DNA of 64,000 nucleotides, from the NCBI GenBank assembly GCA_964016885.1, contig OZ024741.1:264120001-264184000 (forward strand). Reading direction: 5' to 3'. Below the pieces are notes generated by a model. The model was not told the DNA's origin, did not search any database, and saw only the letters and a list, made by a program, of their open reading frames with translations. This DNA comes from Eledone cirrhosa (taxonomy: Eukaryota). The position numbers were made by a program, and so were the translations under genes. Positions 30,001 to 45,000 of this stretch are shown piece after piece. Each line of letters begins with the position of its first letter. The first letter of the stretch is position 1.

Positions 30001-33000
30001 TCAGATCTCCATTTAACTCTCCAGCCATTGACCAACTGGGACCACCTTGGTGTATGAGTTCTGAGCTGGTATTTTACAGACACAAATCTGCTTTTAACTC
30101 TCCAGCTATTGACCAACTGGGACCTCCATGGTGTTTTAGATCTGAGGGGCTATTTTACAGACACAGATCTACTTTTAACTCACCAACCATTGACCAACTG
30201 GGACCACCATGATGTATGAGTACTGAGGTGCTATTTTACAGACACAGATCTACTTTTAACTCACCAGCCATTGACCAACTGGGACCACCATGATGTATGA
30301 GTACTGAGGTTCTATTTTACAGACACAGATCTCCTTTTAACTCTCCAGCTATTGACCAACTGGGACCTCCATGGTGTATGAGTTCTGAGCTGGTATTTTA
30401 CAGACACATATCTCCTTTCATCTCTCCAGCCATTGACCAACTGGTACCACCATGGTCTATGAGTAGTGAGCTGGTATTTTACAGACACAGATCTCCTTTT
30501 AACTCTCCAGCTATTGAACATCTGGGACCACCATGGTGTATGAGTACTGAACAGGTATTTTACAGACACAGATCTCCTTTTAACTCTCCAGCCATTGACC
30601 AACTGGGACCTCCGTGGTGTATGAGTTCTGAGCTGGTATTTTACAGACACATCTCTCCTTTTAACTATCCAGCTATTGATCAATTGGGACCTCCATGGTG
30701 TATGAGTTCTGAGCTGGTAATTTACAGATACAGATCTCCTTTTAACTCTCCAGCTATTGACCAACTGGGACCACCATGATGTATGAGTACTCTGCTGGTA
30801 TTTTACAGACTCAGATCTCCTTTTAACTCTCCAGCTATTGACCAACAGGGACCTCCATGGTATATGAGTTCTGAGCTGGTATTTTACAGACACAGATCTC
30901 CTTTTAACTCTCCAGCCATTGACCAACTGGAACCACCATGGTGTATGAGTACTGAGGTGGTATTTTACAGACACAGATCTCCTTTTAACTCTCCAGCCAT
31001 TGACCAACTGGGACCTCCATGGTATATGAGTTCTGATCTGGTATTTTACAGACACAGATCTCCTTTTAACTCTCCAGCCATTGACCAACTGGGACCACCA
31101 TGGTGTATGAGTATTGAGCTGGTATTTTACAGACACAGATCTCCCTTTTAACTCTCCAGCCATTGACCAACTGGGACCATCATGGTGTATGAGTTCTGAG
31201 CTCGTAATTTACAGACACAGATCTCCTTTTAACTCTGCAGCTATTGACCAACTAAGACCACCATGGTGTATGAGTTCTGAGCTGGTAATTTACAGATACA
31301 GATTTCTTTTTAACTCTCCAGGTATTGACCAACTGGGACCACCATGATGTATGGGTACTGAGCTGGTATTTTACAGACTCAGATCTCCTTTTAACTCTCC
31401 AGCTATTGACTAACATGGACCTCCATGGTATATGAGTACTGAGGTGGTATTTTAAAGACACAGATCTCCTTTTAACTCTCCAGCCATTGACCAAGTGGGA
31501 CCTCTATGGTGTATGAGTTCTGAGCTGGTAATTTACAAATACAGATTTCCTTTTAACTCTCCAGCCATTGACCATCTGGGACCACCATGGTACATGAGTT
31601 CTGAGCTGGTATTTTACAGACACAGCTCTCCTTTTAACTCTCCAGCTATTGACCAACTGGGACCACCATGGTGTATGAATACTGTGGTGGTATTTTACAG
31701 ACACAGATCTTCTTTTAACTCTCCAGCTATTGACTAACATGGACCTCCATGGTATATGAGTACTGAGGTGGTATTTTACAGACACACATCTCCTTTTAAC
31801 TCTCCAGCTATTGACCAAGTGGGACCACCATGATGTATGAGTACTGAGCTGGTATTTTACAGACACAGCTCTCATTTTAACTATCCAGCTATTGACCAAC
31901 TGGGACCTCCATGGTGTATGAGTTCTGAGCTGGTATTTTAAAGACACAGATATTCATTTTAACTCTCCAGCCATTGAACAACTGGGACCACCTTGGTATA
32001 TGAGTTCTGAGTTGGTATTTTACAGACACATATCTACTTTTAACTATCCAGCTATTGACCAACTGTAACCTCCATGGTGTATGAGTTCTGAGCTGGTATT
32101 TTACAGATACAGATCTCCTTTTAACTCTCCAGCCATTGACCAACAGGGACCTCTATGGTATATGAGTTCTGAGCTGGTATTTTACAGACACAGATCTCCT
32201 TTTAACTCTCCAGCCATTGACTAACTGGGATCACCTTGGTGTATGAGTACTGAGCTGGTATTTTACAGACACAGATCTGCTTTTAACTCTCCAGCTATTG
32301 ACCAACTGGGACCTCCATGGTGTTTTAGTTCTGAGATGGTATTTTACAGACACACATCTCCTTTTAACTCTCCAGCCATTGACCAACTGGGAACACCATG
32401 ATGTACGAGTACTGAGCTGGTATTTTACAGGCACAGGTCTCCTTTTAACTATCCAGCTATTGACCAACTGGGACCTCCATGGTATATGAGTTCTGAGCTT
32501 GTATTTTACAGACACAGATCTCCTTTTAACTCTCCAACCATTGACCAACTGGGACCACCATGATGTATGAGTACTGAGCTGGTATTTTACAGACTCAGAT
32601 CTCCTTTTAACTCTACAGATATTGACCAACAGGGACCTCCATGGAATATGAGTTCTGAGCTGGTATTTTACAGACACAGATCTCCATTTAACTCTCCAGC
32701 CATTGACCAACTGGGACCACCTTGGTGTATGAGTTCTGAGCTGGTATTTTACAGACACAGATCTGCTTTTAACTCTCCAGCTATTGACCAACTGGGACCT
32801 CCATGGTGTTTTAGTTCTGAGGTGGTATTTTACAGACACAGATCTACTTTTAACTCACCAACCATTGACCAACTGGGACCACCATGATGTATGAGTACTG
32901 AGGTGCTATTTTACAGACACAGATCTACTTTTAACTCACCAGCCATTGACCAACTGGGACCACCATGGTTTATGAGTACTGAGGTGCTATTTTACAGACA

Positions 33001-36000
33001 CAGATCTCCTTTTAACTCTCCAGCTATTGACCAACTGGGACCTCCATGGTATATGAGTTCTGAGCTAGTATTTTACAGACACATATCTCCTTTTATCTCT
33101 CCAGCCATTGACCAACTGGGACCACCATGGTCTATGAGTAGTGAGCTGGTATTTTACAGACACAGATCTCCTTTTAACTCTCCAGCTATTGAACATCTGG
33201 GACCACCATGGTGTATGAGTACTTAACAGGTATTTTACAGACACAGATCTCCTTTTAACTCTCCAGCCATTGACCAACTGCGACCTCCGTGGTGTATGAG
33301 TTCTGAGCTGGTATTTTACAGACACAGCTCTCCTTTTAACTATCCAGCTATTGATCAATTGGGACCTCCATGGTGTATGAGTTCTGAGCTGGTAATTTAC
33401 AGATACAGATCTCCTTTTAACTCTCCAGCTATTGACCAACTGGGACCACCATGATGTATGAGTACTGAGCTGGTATTTTACAGACTCAGATCTCCTTTTA
33501 ACTCTCCAGCTATTGACCAACAGGGACCTCCATGGTATATGAGTTCTGGGCAGGTATTTTACAGACACAGATCTCCTTTTAACTCTCCAGCCATTGACCA
33601 ACTGGAACCACCATGGTGTATGAGTACTGAGGTGGTATTTTACAGACACAGATCTGCTTTTAACTCTCCAGCTATTGACCAACTGGGACCTCCATGGTGT
33701 TTTAGTTCTGAGCTGGTATTTTACAGACACAGATCTACTTTTAACTCTCAAGCCATTGAGCAACTGGGACCACCATGGTTTATGAGTACTGAGGTGGTAT
33801 TTTACAGACACAGATCTCCTTTTAACTCTCCAGCTATTGACCAAGTGGGACCTCCATGGTACATGAGTTCTGAGCTGGTATTTTACAGACACAGATCTCC
33901 TTTTAACTCTCCAGCCATTGACCAACTGGGACCACCATGATGTATGAGTACTGAGTTGGTATTTTACAGACACAGATCTCCTTTTAACTATCCAGCTATT
34001 GACCAACTGGGACCTCCATGATTTATGAGCTCTGAGCTGGTATTTTACAGACACAGATCTCCTTGTAACTATCCGGCCATTGACCAAATGGGACCACCAT
34101 GGTGTATAAGTTCTGCGCTGGTATTTTACAGAGACAGCACTCCTTTTAACTCTCCAGCTATTGACCAACTGGTACCACCATGATGTATGAGTACTGAGCT
34201 GGTATTTTACAGATACAGATCTCATTTTAACTATCCAGCTATTGACTAACTGGGACCTCAATGGTATATGACTTCTGAGCTGCTATTTTAAAGACACAGA
34301 TCTCCTTTTCGCTCTCCAGCCATTGACCTACTGGGACCACCATGGTGTATGAGTTCTGAGCTGGTATTTTACAGACACAGATCTCCTTTTAACTCTCCAG
34401 CTATTGACCAACTGGGACCACCATGGTGTATGAGTACTGAGGTGGTATTTTACAGACACAGATCTCCTTTTAACTCTCCAGCCATTGACCAACTGGGACT
34501 ACCAAGATGTATGAGTACTGAGCTGGTATTTTACAGACTCAGAGCTCCTTTTAACTCTCCAGCTATTGACCAACTGGGACCGCCATGATGTATGAGTACT
34601 GAGCTGGTATTTTACAGAATCAGATCTCCTTTTAACTCTCCAGCTATTGACCAACTGGGACCACCATGGTGTATGAGTACAGAAGTGGTATTTTACAGAC
34701 AGAGATTTCCTTTTCACTCTCCAGCTATTGACCAACTGGGACCTCCATGATGTATGAGTACTGAACTGGTATTTTACAGACACAGCTCTCCTTTTAACTT
34801 TCCAGCCATTGACCAACTGGGACCTCCATGGTGTATGAGTACTGAGCTAGTATATTACAGACTCAGATCTGCTTTTAACTCTCCAGCTATTGACCAACTG
34901 GGACCACCATGGTGTATGAGTACTGAGCTGGTATTTTACAGATACAGATCTCCTTTTAACTCTCCAGCTATTGACCAACTGGGACCTCCACGGTATATGA
35001 GTTCTGAGCTGGTATTTTAAAGACGCAGATCTCCTTTTAACTCTGCAGCCATTGACCAACTGGGACCACCATGGTATATAAGTTCTGAGCTGGTAATTTA
35101 CAGATACAGATCTCCTTTTAACTCTCCAGCTATTGACCAACTGGGACCACCATGATGTATGAGTACTGAGCTGGTATTTTACAGACTCAGATCTCCTTTT
35201 AACTCTCCAGCTATTGACCAACAGGGACCTCCATGGTATATGAGTTCTGGGCAGGTATTTTACAGACACAGATCTCCTTTTAACTCTCCAGCCATTGACC
35301 AACTGGAACCACCATGGTGTATGAGTACTGAGGTGGTATTTTACAGACACAGATCTGCTTTTAACTCTCCAGCTATTGACCAACTGGGACCTCCATGGTG
35401 TTTTAGTTCTGAGCTGGTATTTTACAGACACAGATCTACTTTTAACTCTCAAGCCATTGAGCAACTGGGACCACCATGGTTTATGAGTACTGAGGTGGTA
35501 TTTTACAGACACAGATCTCCTTTTAACTCTCCAGCTATTGACCAAGTGGGACCTCCATGGTACATGAGTTCTGAGCTGGTATTTTACAGACACAGATCTC
35601 CTTTTAACTCTCCAGCCATTGACCAACTGGGACCACCATGATGTATGAGTACTGAGTTGGTATTTTACAGACACAGATCTCCTTTTAACTATCCAGCTAT
35701 TGACCAACTGGGACCTCCATGGTTTATGAGCTCTGAGCTGGTATTTTACAGACACAGATCTCCTTGTAACTATCCGGCCATTGACCAAATGGGACCACCA
35801 TGGTGTATAAGTTCTGCGCTGGTATTTTACAGAGACAGCACTCCTTTTAACTCTCCAGCTATTGACCAACTGGTACCACCATGATGTATGAGTACTGAGC
35901 TGGTATTTTACAGATACAGATCTCATTTTAACTATCCAGCTATTGACTAACTGGGACCTCAATGGTATATGACTTCTGAGCTGCTATTTTAAAGACACAG

Positions 36001-39000
36001 ATCTCCTTTTCGCTCTCCAGCCATTGACCTACTGGGACCACCATGGTGTATGAGTTCTGAGCTGGTATTTTACAGACACAGATCTCCTTTTAACTCTCCA
36101 GCTATTGACCAACTGGGACCACCATGGTGTATGAGTACTGAGGTGGTATTTTACAGACACAGATCTCCTTTTAACTCTCCAGCCATTGACCAACTGGGAC
36201 TACCAAGATGTATGAGTACTGAGCTGGTATTTTACAGAATCAGATCTCCTTTTAACTCTCCAGCTATTGACCAACTGGGACCACCATGGTGTATGAGTAC
36301 AGAGGTGGTATTTTACAGACAGAGATTTCCTTTTCACTCTCCAGCTATTGACCAACTGGGACCACCATTGTGTATGAGTCCTTTGCTGGTATTTTACAGA
36401 CAGAGATCTCCTTGTAACTCTCCAGCTATTGACCAACTGGGACCACCATGGTGTATGAGTACTTTGCTGGTATTTTACAGACACAGATCTCATTTTAACT
36501 CTCCCGCTATTGACCAACTGGGACCTCAATGATGTATGAGTACTGAGCTGGTATTTTACAGACTCAGAGCTCCTTTTAACTCTCCAGCGATTGACCAACT
36601 GGGACCTCCATGATGTATGAGTACTGAACTGGTATTTTACAGACACAGCTCTCCTTTTAACTTTCCAGCCATTGACCAACTGGGACCTCCATGGTGTATG
36701 AGTACTGAGCTAGTATATTACAGACTCAGATCTGCTTTTAACTCTCCAGCTATTGACCAACTGGGACCACCATGGTGTATGAGTACTGAGCTGGTATTTT
36801 ACAGATACAGATCTCCTTTTAACTCTCCAGCTATTGACCAACTGGGACCTCCACGGTATATGAGTTCTGAGCTGGTATTTTAAAGACGCAGATCTCCTTT
36901 TAACTCTGCAGCCGTTGACCAACTGGGACCACCATGGTATATAAGTTCTGAGCTGGTATTTTACAGACACAGATCTCCTTTTAACTCTCCAGCCATTGAC
37001 CAACTGGGACCACCATGGTGTATGAGTACTGAGGTGGTATTTTACAGACACAGATCTCCTTTTAACTCTCCAGCCATTGACCAACTGGGACTACCATGAT
37101 GTATGAGTCCTGAGCTGGTATTTCACAGACTCAGATCTCCTTTTAACTCTCCAGCCATTGACCAACTGGGACCTCCATGGTATATGAGTTCTGAGCTGGA
37201 ATTTTTACAGACACGGATCTCCTTTTAACTCTCCAGCTATTGACCAACTGGGACCACCATGGTGTATGAGTTCTGAGCTGGTATTTTACAGACTCAGATC
37301 TTTTAACTCTCCAGCCATTGACTAACTGGGACCACCATGGTGTATGAGTACTGAGCTTGTATTTTACAGACACAGATCTCCTTTTAACTCTCCAGCTATT
37401 GACCATCTGGGACCACCATGGTGTATGAGTACTGAGCTGGTATTTTACAGACACAGATCTCCTTTTAACTCTCCAACCATTGACCAACTGGGACCACCAT
37501 GATGTATGAGTACTGAGCTGGTATTTTACAGACTCAGATCTCCTTTTAACTCTACAGATATTGACCAACAGGGACCTCCATAGAATATGAGTTCTGAGCT
37601 GGTATTTTACAGACACAGATCTCCATTTAACTCTCCAGCCATTGACCAACTGGGACCACCTTGGTGTATGAGTTCTGAGCTGGTATTTTACAGACACAGA
37701 TCTGCTTTTAACTCTCCAGCTATTGACCAACTGGGACCTCCATGGTGTTTTAGTTCTGAGGTGGTATTTTACAGACACAGATCTACTTTTAACTCACCAA
37801 CCATTGACCAACTGGGACCACCATGATGTATGAGTACTGAGGTGCTATTTTACAGACACAGATCTACTTTTAACTCACCAGGCACTGACCAACTGGGACC
37901 ACCATGATGTATGAGTACTGAGGTGCTATTTTACAGACACAGATCTCCTTTTAACTCTCCAGCTATTGACCAACTGGGACCTCCATGGTATATGAGTTCT
38001 GAGCTGGTATTTTACAGACACATATCTCCTTTTATCTCTCCAGCCATTGACCAACTGGGACCACCATGATCTATGAGTAGTGAGCTGGTATTTTACAGAC
38101 ACAGCTCTCCTTTTAACTATCCAGCTATTGATCAATTGGGACCTCCATGGTGTATGAGTTCTGAGCTGGTAATTTACAGATACAGATCTCCTTTTAACTC
38201 TCCAGCTATTGACCAACTGGGACCACCATGATGTATGAGTACTGAGCTGGTATTTTACAGACTCAGATCTCCTTTTAACTCTCCAGCTATTGACCAAGAG
38301 GGACCTCCATGGTATATGAGTTCTGAGCTGGTATTTTACAGACACAGATCTCCTTTTAACTCTCCAGCCATTGACCAACTGGAAACACCATGGTGTATGA
38401 GTACTGAGGTGGTATTTTACAGACACAGATCTGCTTTTAACTCTCCAGCTATTGACCAACTGGGACCTCCATGGTGTTTTAGTTCTGAGCTGGTATTTTA
38501 CAGACACAGATCTACTTTTAACTCTCAAGCCATTGAGCAACTGGGACCACCATGGTTTATGAGTACTGAGGTGGTATTTTACAGACACAGATCTCCTTTT
38601 AACTCTCCAGCCATTGACCAACTGGGACCACCATGATGTATGAGTACTGAGTTGGTATTTTACAGACACAGCTCTCCTTTTAACTATCCAGCTATTGACC
38701 AACTGGGACCTCCATGGTTTATGAGCTCTGAGCTGGTAGTTTACAGACACAGATCTCCTTGTAACTATCCGGCCATTGACCAAATGGGACCACCATGGTG
38801 TATAAGTTCTGCGCTGGTATTTTACAGAGACAGCTCTCCTTTTAACTCTCCAGCTATTGACCAACTGGGACCACCATGATGTATGAGTACTGAGCTGGTA
38901 TTTTACAGATACAGATCTCCTTTTACCTATCCAGCTATTGACTAACTGGGACCTCAATGGTATATGACTTCTGAGCTGCTATTTTAAAGACACAGATCTC

Positions 39001-42000
39001 CATTTAACTGTCCAGCCATTGACCAACTGGGACCACCTTGGTGTATGAGTTCTGAGCTGGTATTTTACAGACACAGATCTGCTTTTAACTCTCCAGCTAT
39101 TAACCAACTGGGACCTCCATGGTGTTTTAGTTCTGAGGTGGTATTTTACAGACACAGATCTACTTTTAACTCACCAACCATTGACCAACTGGGACCACCA
39201 TGATGTATGAGTACTGAGGTGCTATTTTACAGACACAGATCTACTTTTAACTCACCAGCCATTGACCAACTGGGACCACCATGATGTATGAGTACTAAGG
39301 TGCTATTTTACAGACACAGATCTCCTTTTAACTCTCCAGCTATTGACCAACTGGGACCTCCATGGTATATGAGTTCTGAGCTAGTATTTTACAGACACAT
39401 ATCTCCTTTTATCTCTCCAGCCATTAACCAACTGGGACCACCATGGTCTATGAGTAGTGAGCTGGTATTTTACAGACACAGATCTCCTTTTAACTCTCCA
39501 GCTATTGAACATCTGGGACCACCGTGGTGTATGAGTACTGAACAGGTATTTTACAGACACAGCTCTCCTTTTAACTATCCAGCTATTGATCAATTGGGAC
39601 CTCCATGGTGTATGAGTTCTGAGCTGGTAATTTACAGATACAGATCTCCTTTTAACTCTCCAGCTATTGACCAACTGGGACCACCATGATGTATGAGTAC
39701 TGAGCTGGTATTTTACAGACTCAGATCTCCTTTTAACTCTCCAGCTATTGACCAACAGGGACCTCCATGGTATATGAGTTCTGAGCTGGTATTTTACAGA
39801 CACAGATCTCCTTTTAACTCTCCAGCCATTGACCAACTGGAACCACCATGGTGTATGAGTACTGAGGTGGTATTTTACAGACACAGATCTGCTTTTAACT
39901 CTCCAGCTATTGACCAACTGGGACGTCCATGGTGTTTTAGTTCTGAGCTGGTATTTTACAGACACAGATCTACTTTTAACTCTCAAGCCATTGAGCAACT
40001 GGGACCACCATGTTTTATGAGTACTGAGGTGGTATTTTACAGACACAGATCTCCTTTTAACTTTCCAGCTATTGACCAAGTGGGACCTCCATGGTACATG
40101 AGTTCTGAGCTGGTATTTTACAGACACAGATCTCCTTTTAACTCTCCAGCCATTGACCAACTGGGACCACCATGATGTATGAGTACTGAGTTGGTATTTT
40201 ACAGACACAGCTCTCCTTTTAACTATCCAGCTATTGACCAACTGGGACCTCCATGGTTTATGAGCTCTGAGCTGGTATTTTACAGACACAGATCTCCTTG
40301 TAACTATCCGGCCATTGACCAAATGGGACCACCATGGTGTATAAGTTCTGTGCTGGTATTTTACAGAGACAGCTCTCCTTTTAACTCTCCAGCTATTGAC
40401 CAACTGGGACCACCATGATGTATGAGTACTGAGCTGGTATTTTACAGATACAAATCTCCTTTTAACTATCCAGCTATTGACTAACTGGGACCTCAATGGT
40501 ATATGACTTCTGAGCTGCTATTTTAAAGACACAGATCTCCTTTTCACTCTCCAGCCATTGACCAACTGGGACCACCATGGTGTATGAGTACTGAGCTGGT
40601 ATTTTACAGACTCAGAGTTCCTTTTAACTCTCCAGCTATTGAGCAACTGGGACCGCCATGATGTATGAGTCCTTTGCTGGTATTTTACAGACAGAGATCT
40701 CCTTGTAACTCTCCAGCAATTGACCAACTGGGACCACCATGGTGTATGAGTACTTTGCTGGTATTTTACAGACAGAGATCTCATTTTAACTCTCCCGCTA
40801 TTGACCAACTGGGACCTCCATGATGTATGAGTACTGAGCTAGTATTTTACAGACTCAGATCTTTTAACTCTCCAGCTATTGACCAACTGGGACCACCATG
40901 GTGTATGAGTACTGAGCTGGTATTTTACAGATACAGATCTCCTTTTAACTCTCCAGCTATTGACCAACTGGGACCTCCACGGTATATGAGTTCTGAGCTG
41001 GTATTTTAAAGACGCAGATCTCCTTTTAACTCTCCAGCCATTGACCAACTGGGACCACCACGGTATATAAGTTCTGAGCTGGTATTTTACAGACACAGAT
41101 CTCCTTTTAACTCTCCAGCCATTGACCAACTGGGACCACCATGGTGTATGAGTACTGAGGTGGTATTTTACAGACACAGATCTCCTTTTAACTCTCCAGC
41201 CATTGACCAACTGCGACTACCATGATGTATGAGTACTGAGCTGGTATTTCACAGACTCAGATCTCCTTTTAACTCTCCAGCTATTGACCAACTGGGACCT
41301 CCTTGGTATATGAGTTCTGAGCTGGTATTTTACAGACTCAGATCTCCTTTTAACTCTCCAGCCATTGACCAACTGGGACCTCCATGGTATATGAGTTCTG
41401 AGCTGGAATTTTTACAGACACGGATCTCCTTTTACCTCTCCAGCTATTGACCAACTGGGACCACCATGGTGTATGAGTTCTGAGCTGGTATTTTACAGAC
41501 TCAGATCTTTAAACTCTCCAGCCATTGACTAACTGGGACCACCATGGTGTATGAGTACTGAGCTTGTATTTTACAGACACAGATCTCCTTTTAACTCTCC
41601 AGGTATTGACCATCTGGGACCACCATGGTGTATGAGTACTGAGCTGGTATTTTACATACACAGATCTCCTTTTAACAATCCAGTCTTTGACCAACTGGGA
41701 CCACCATGATGTATCAGTACTGAGCTGGTATTTTACAGACAAAGATCTCCTTTTAACTCTCCAGCTATTGACCAACTGGGACCTACACGTATTATGAGTA
41801 CTGAGCTGGTATTTTACAGACTCAGATCTCCTTTTACCTCTCCAGCCATTGACCAACTGGGACCTCCATGGTGTATGAGTACTGAGCTGGTATTTTACTG
41901 ACACAGATCTCCTTTTAACTCTCCAGTCATTGACCAACTGGGACCTCCATGATGTATGAGTACTGAACTGGTATTTTACAGACACAGCTCTCCTTTTAAC

Positions 42001-45000
42001 TTTCTAGCTATTGACCAACTGGGACCTCCATGGTGTATGAGTACTGAGCTGGTATTTTACAGACTCAGATCTCCTTTTAACTCTCCAGCTATTGACCAAC
42101 TGGGACCTCCATGGTATATGAGTACTGAGCTGGTATTTTACAGACTCAGATCTCCCTTTAACTCTCCAGCCATTGACCAACTGGGACCACCATGGTATAT
42201 GAGTTCTGAGCTGGTATTTTACAGACACAGATCTCCTTTTAACTCTCCAGCCATTGACCAACTTGGACCACCATGATGTATGAGTACTGAGCTGGTATTT
42301 TACAGACTCAGAGCTCCTTTTAACTCTCCAGCTATTGACCAACTGGTACCTCCGTGGTATATGAGTTCTGAGCTGGTATTTTACAGACACAGATCTTTTT
42401 TTATCTCTCCAGCCATTGACCAACTGGGAACACCATGGTATATAAGTTCTAAGCTGGTATTTTACAGACACAGATCTCCTTTTAACTCTCCAGCCATTGA
42501 CCAACTGGGACCAGCATGGTGTATGAGTACTGAGGTGGTATTTTACAGACACAGATCTCCTTTTAACTCTCCAGCCATTGACCAACTGGGACCACCATGG
42601 TGTATGAGTACTGAGCTGGTATTTTACTGACACAGATCTCCTTTTAACCTTCCAGCCATTGACCAACTGGGACCTCCATGGTGTATGAGTACTGAGCTGG
42701 TACTTTACAGACTCAGATCTCCTTTTAACTCTCCAGCTATTGACCAACTGGGACCTCCATGGTATATGAGTTCTGAGCTGGTATTTTACAGACACAGATC
42801 TCCTTTTCACTCTCCAGCCATTGACCAACTGGGACCACCATGGTCTATGAGTACTGAGGTGGTATTTTACAGACACAGATCTCCTTTTAACTCTCCAGCC
42901 ATTGACCAACTGGGACTACCATGATGTATGAGTACTGAGCTGGTATTTTACAGACTCAGAGCTCCTTTTAACTCTCCAGCTATTGACCAACTGGGACCGC
43001 CATGATGTATGAGTATTGAGCTGGTATTTTACAGACTCAGATCTCCTTTTAACTCTCCAGCTATTGACCAACTGGGACCACCATGGTGTATGAGTACAGA
43101 GGTGGTATTTTACAGACAGAGATTTCCTTTTAACTCTCCAGCTATTGACCAACTGGGACCACCATGGTGTATGAGTACTTTGCTGGTATTTTACAGACAG
43201 AGATCTCATTTTAACTCTCCCGCTATTGACCAACTGGGACCTCCATGGTGTATGAGTACTGAGCTGGTATTTTACAGACTCAGATCTCTCTTTAACTCTC
43301 CAGACATTGACCAACTGGGACCACCATGGTATATGAGTTCTGAGCTGGTATTTTACAGACACAGATCTCCTTTTAACTCTCCAGCCATTGACCAACTGGG
43401 ACCTCCATGGTATATGAGTATTGAGCTGGTATTTTACAGACTCAGATCTACTTTTAACTCTCCAGCAATTGACCAACTGGGACCACCATGATGTATGAGT
43501 ACTGAGCTGGTATTTTACAGATACAGATCTCATTTTAACTCTCCAGCTATTGACCAACTGGGACCTCCATGGTATATGAGTACTGAGCTGGTATTTTACA
43601 GACTCAGATCTCCCTTTAACTCTCCAGCCATTGACCAACTGGGACCACCATGGTATATGAGTTCTGAGCTGGTATTTTACAGACACAGATCTCCTTTTAA
43701 CTCTCCAGCCATTGGCCATCTGGGACCACCATGGTGTATGAGTACTGAGGTGGTATTTTACAGACACAGATCTCCTTTTAACTCTCCAGCCATTGACCAA
43801 CTGGGACTACCATGATGTATGAGTACTGAGCTGGTATTTCACAGACTCAGATCTCCTTTTAACTCTCCAGCTATTGACCAACTGGGACCTCCGTGGTATA
43901 TGAGTTCTGAGCTGGTATTTTACAGACACAGATCTCCTTTTAACACTCCAGTTTTTGACCAACTGGGACCACCATGATGTATCATTACTGAGCTGGTATT
44001 TTACAGACAAAGATCTCCTTTTAACTCTCCAGCTATTGACCAACTGGGACCTACATGTATTATGAGTACTGAGCTGGTATTTCACAGACTCAGATCTCCT
44101 TTTAACTCTCCAGCCATTGACCATCTGGGACCTCCATGGTATATGAGTTCTGAGCTGGAATTTTACAGACACGGATCTCCTTTTAACTCTCCAGCTATTC
44201 ACCAACTGGGACCACCATGGTGTATGAGTTCTGAGCTGGTATTTTACAGACACAGATCTTTTAACTCTCCAGCCATTGACCATCTGGGACCACCATGGTG
44301 TATGAGTACTGAGCTGGTATTTTACAGACTCAGCTCTCCTTTTAACACTCCAGTTTTTGACCAACTGGGACCACCATGATGTATCATTACTGAGCTGGTA
44401 TTTTACAGACACAGATCTTTTTTTAACTCTCCAGCCATTGACCAACTGGGACCACCGTGGTATATGAGATCTGAGCTGGTATTTTACAGACTCAGATCTC
44501 CTTTTAACTCTCCAGCTATTGACCATCTGGGACCGCCATGATGTATGAGTACTGAGCTTGTATTTTACAGACTCAGATCTCCTTTTAACTCTCCAGCCAT
44601 TGACCAACTGGGACCACCATGGTGTATGAGTACTGAGGTGGTATTTTACAGACAGAGATTTCCTTTTAACTCTCCAGCTATTGACCAACTGGGACCACCA
44701 TTGTGTATGAGTCCTTTGCTGGTATTTTACAGACAGAGATCTCCTTTTAACTCTCCAGCTATTGACCAGCTGGGACCACCATGGTGTATGAGTACTTTGC
44801 TGGTATTTTACAGACAGAGATCTCATTTTAACTCTCCAGCTATTCACCAACTGGGACCACCATGGTGTATGAGTACTGAGCTTGTATTTTACAGACTCAG
44901 ATCTCCTTTTAACTCTCCAGCCATTGACCAACTTGGACCACCATGGTGTATGAGTTCTAAGCTGGTATTTTACAGACACAGATCTCCTTTTAACTTTCTA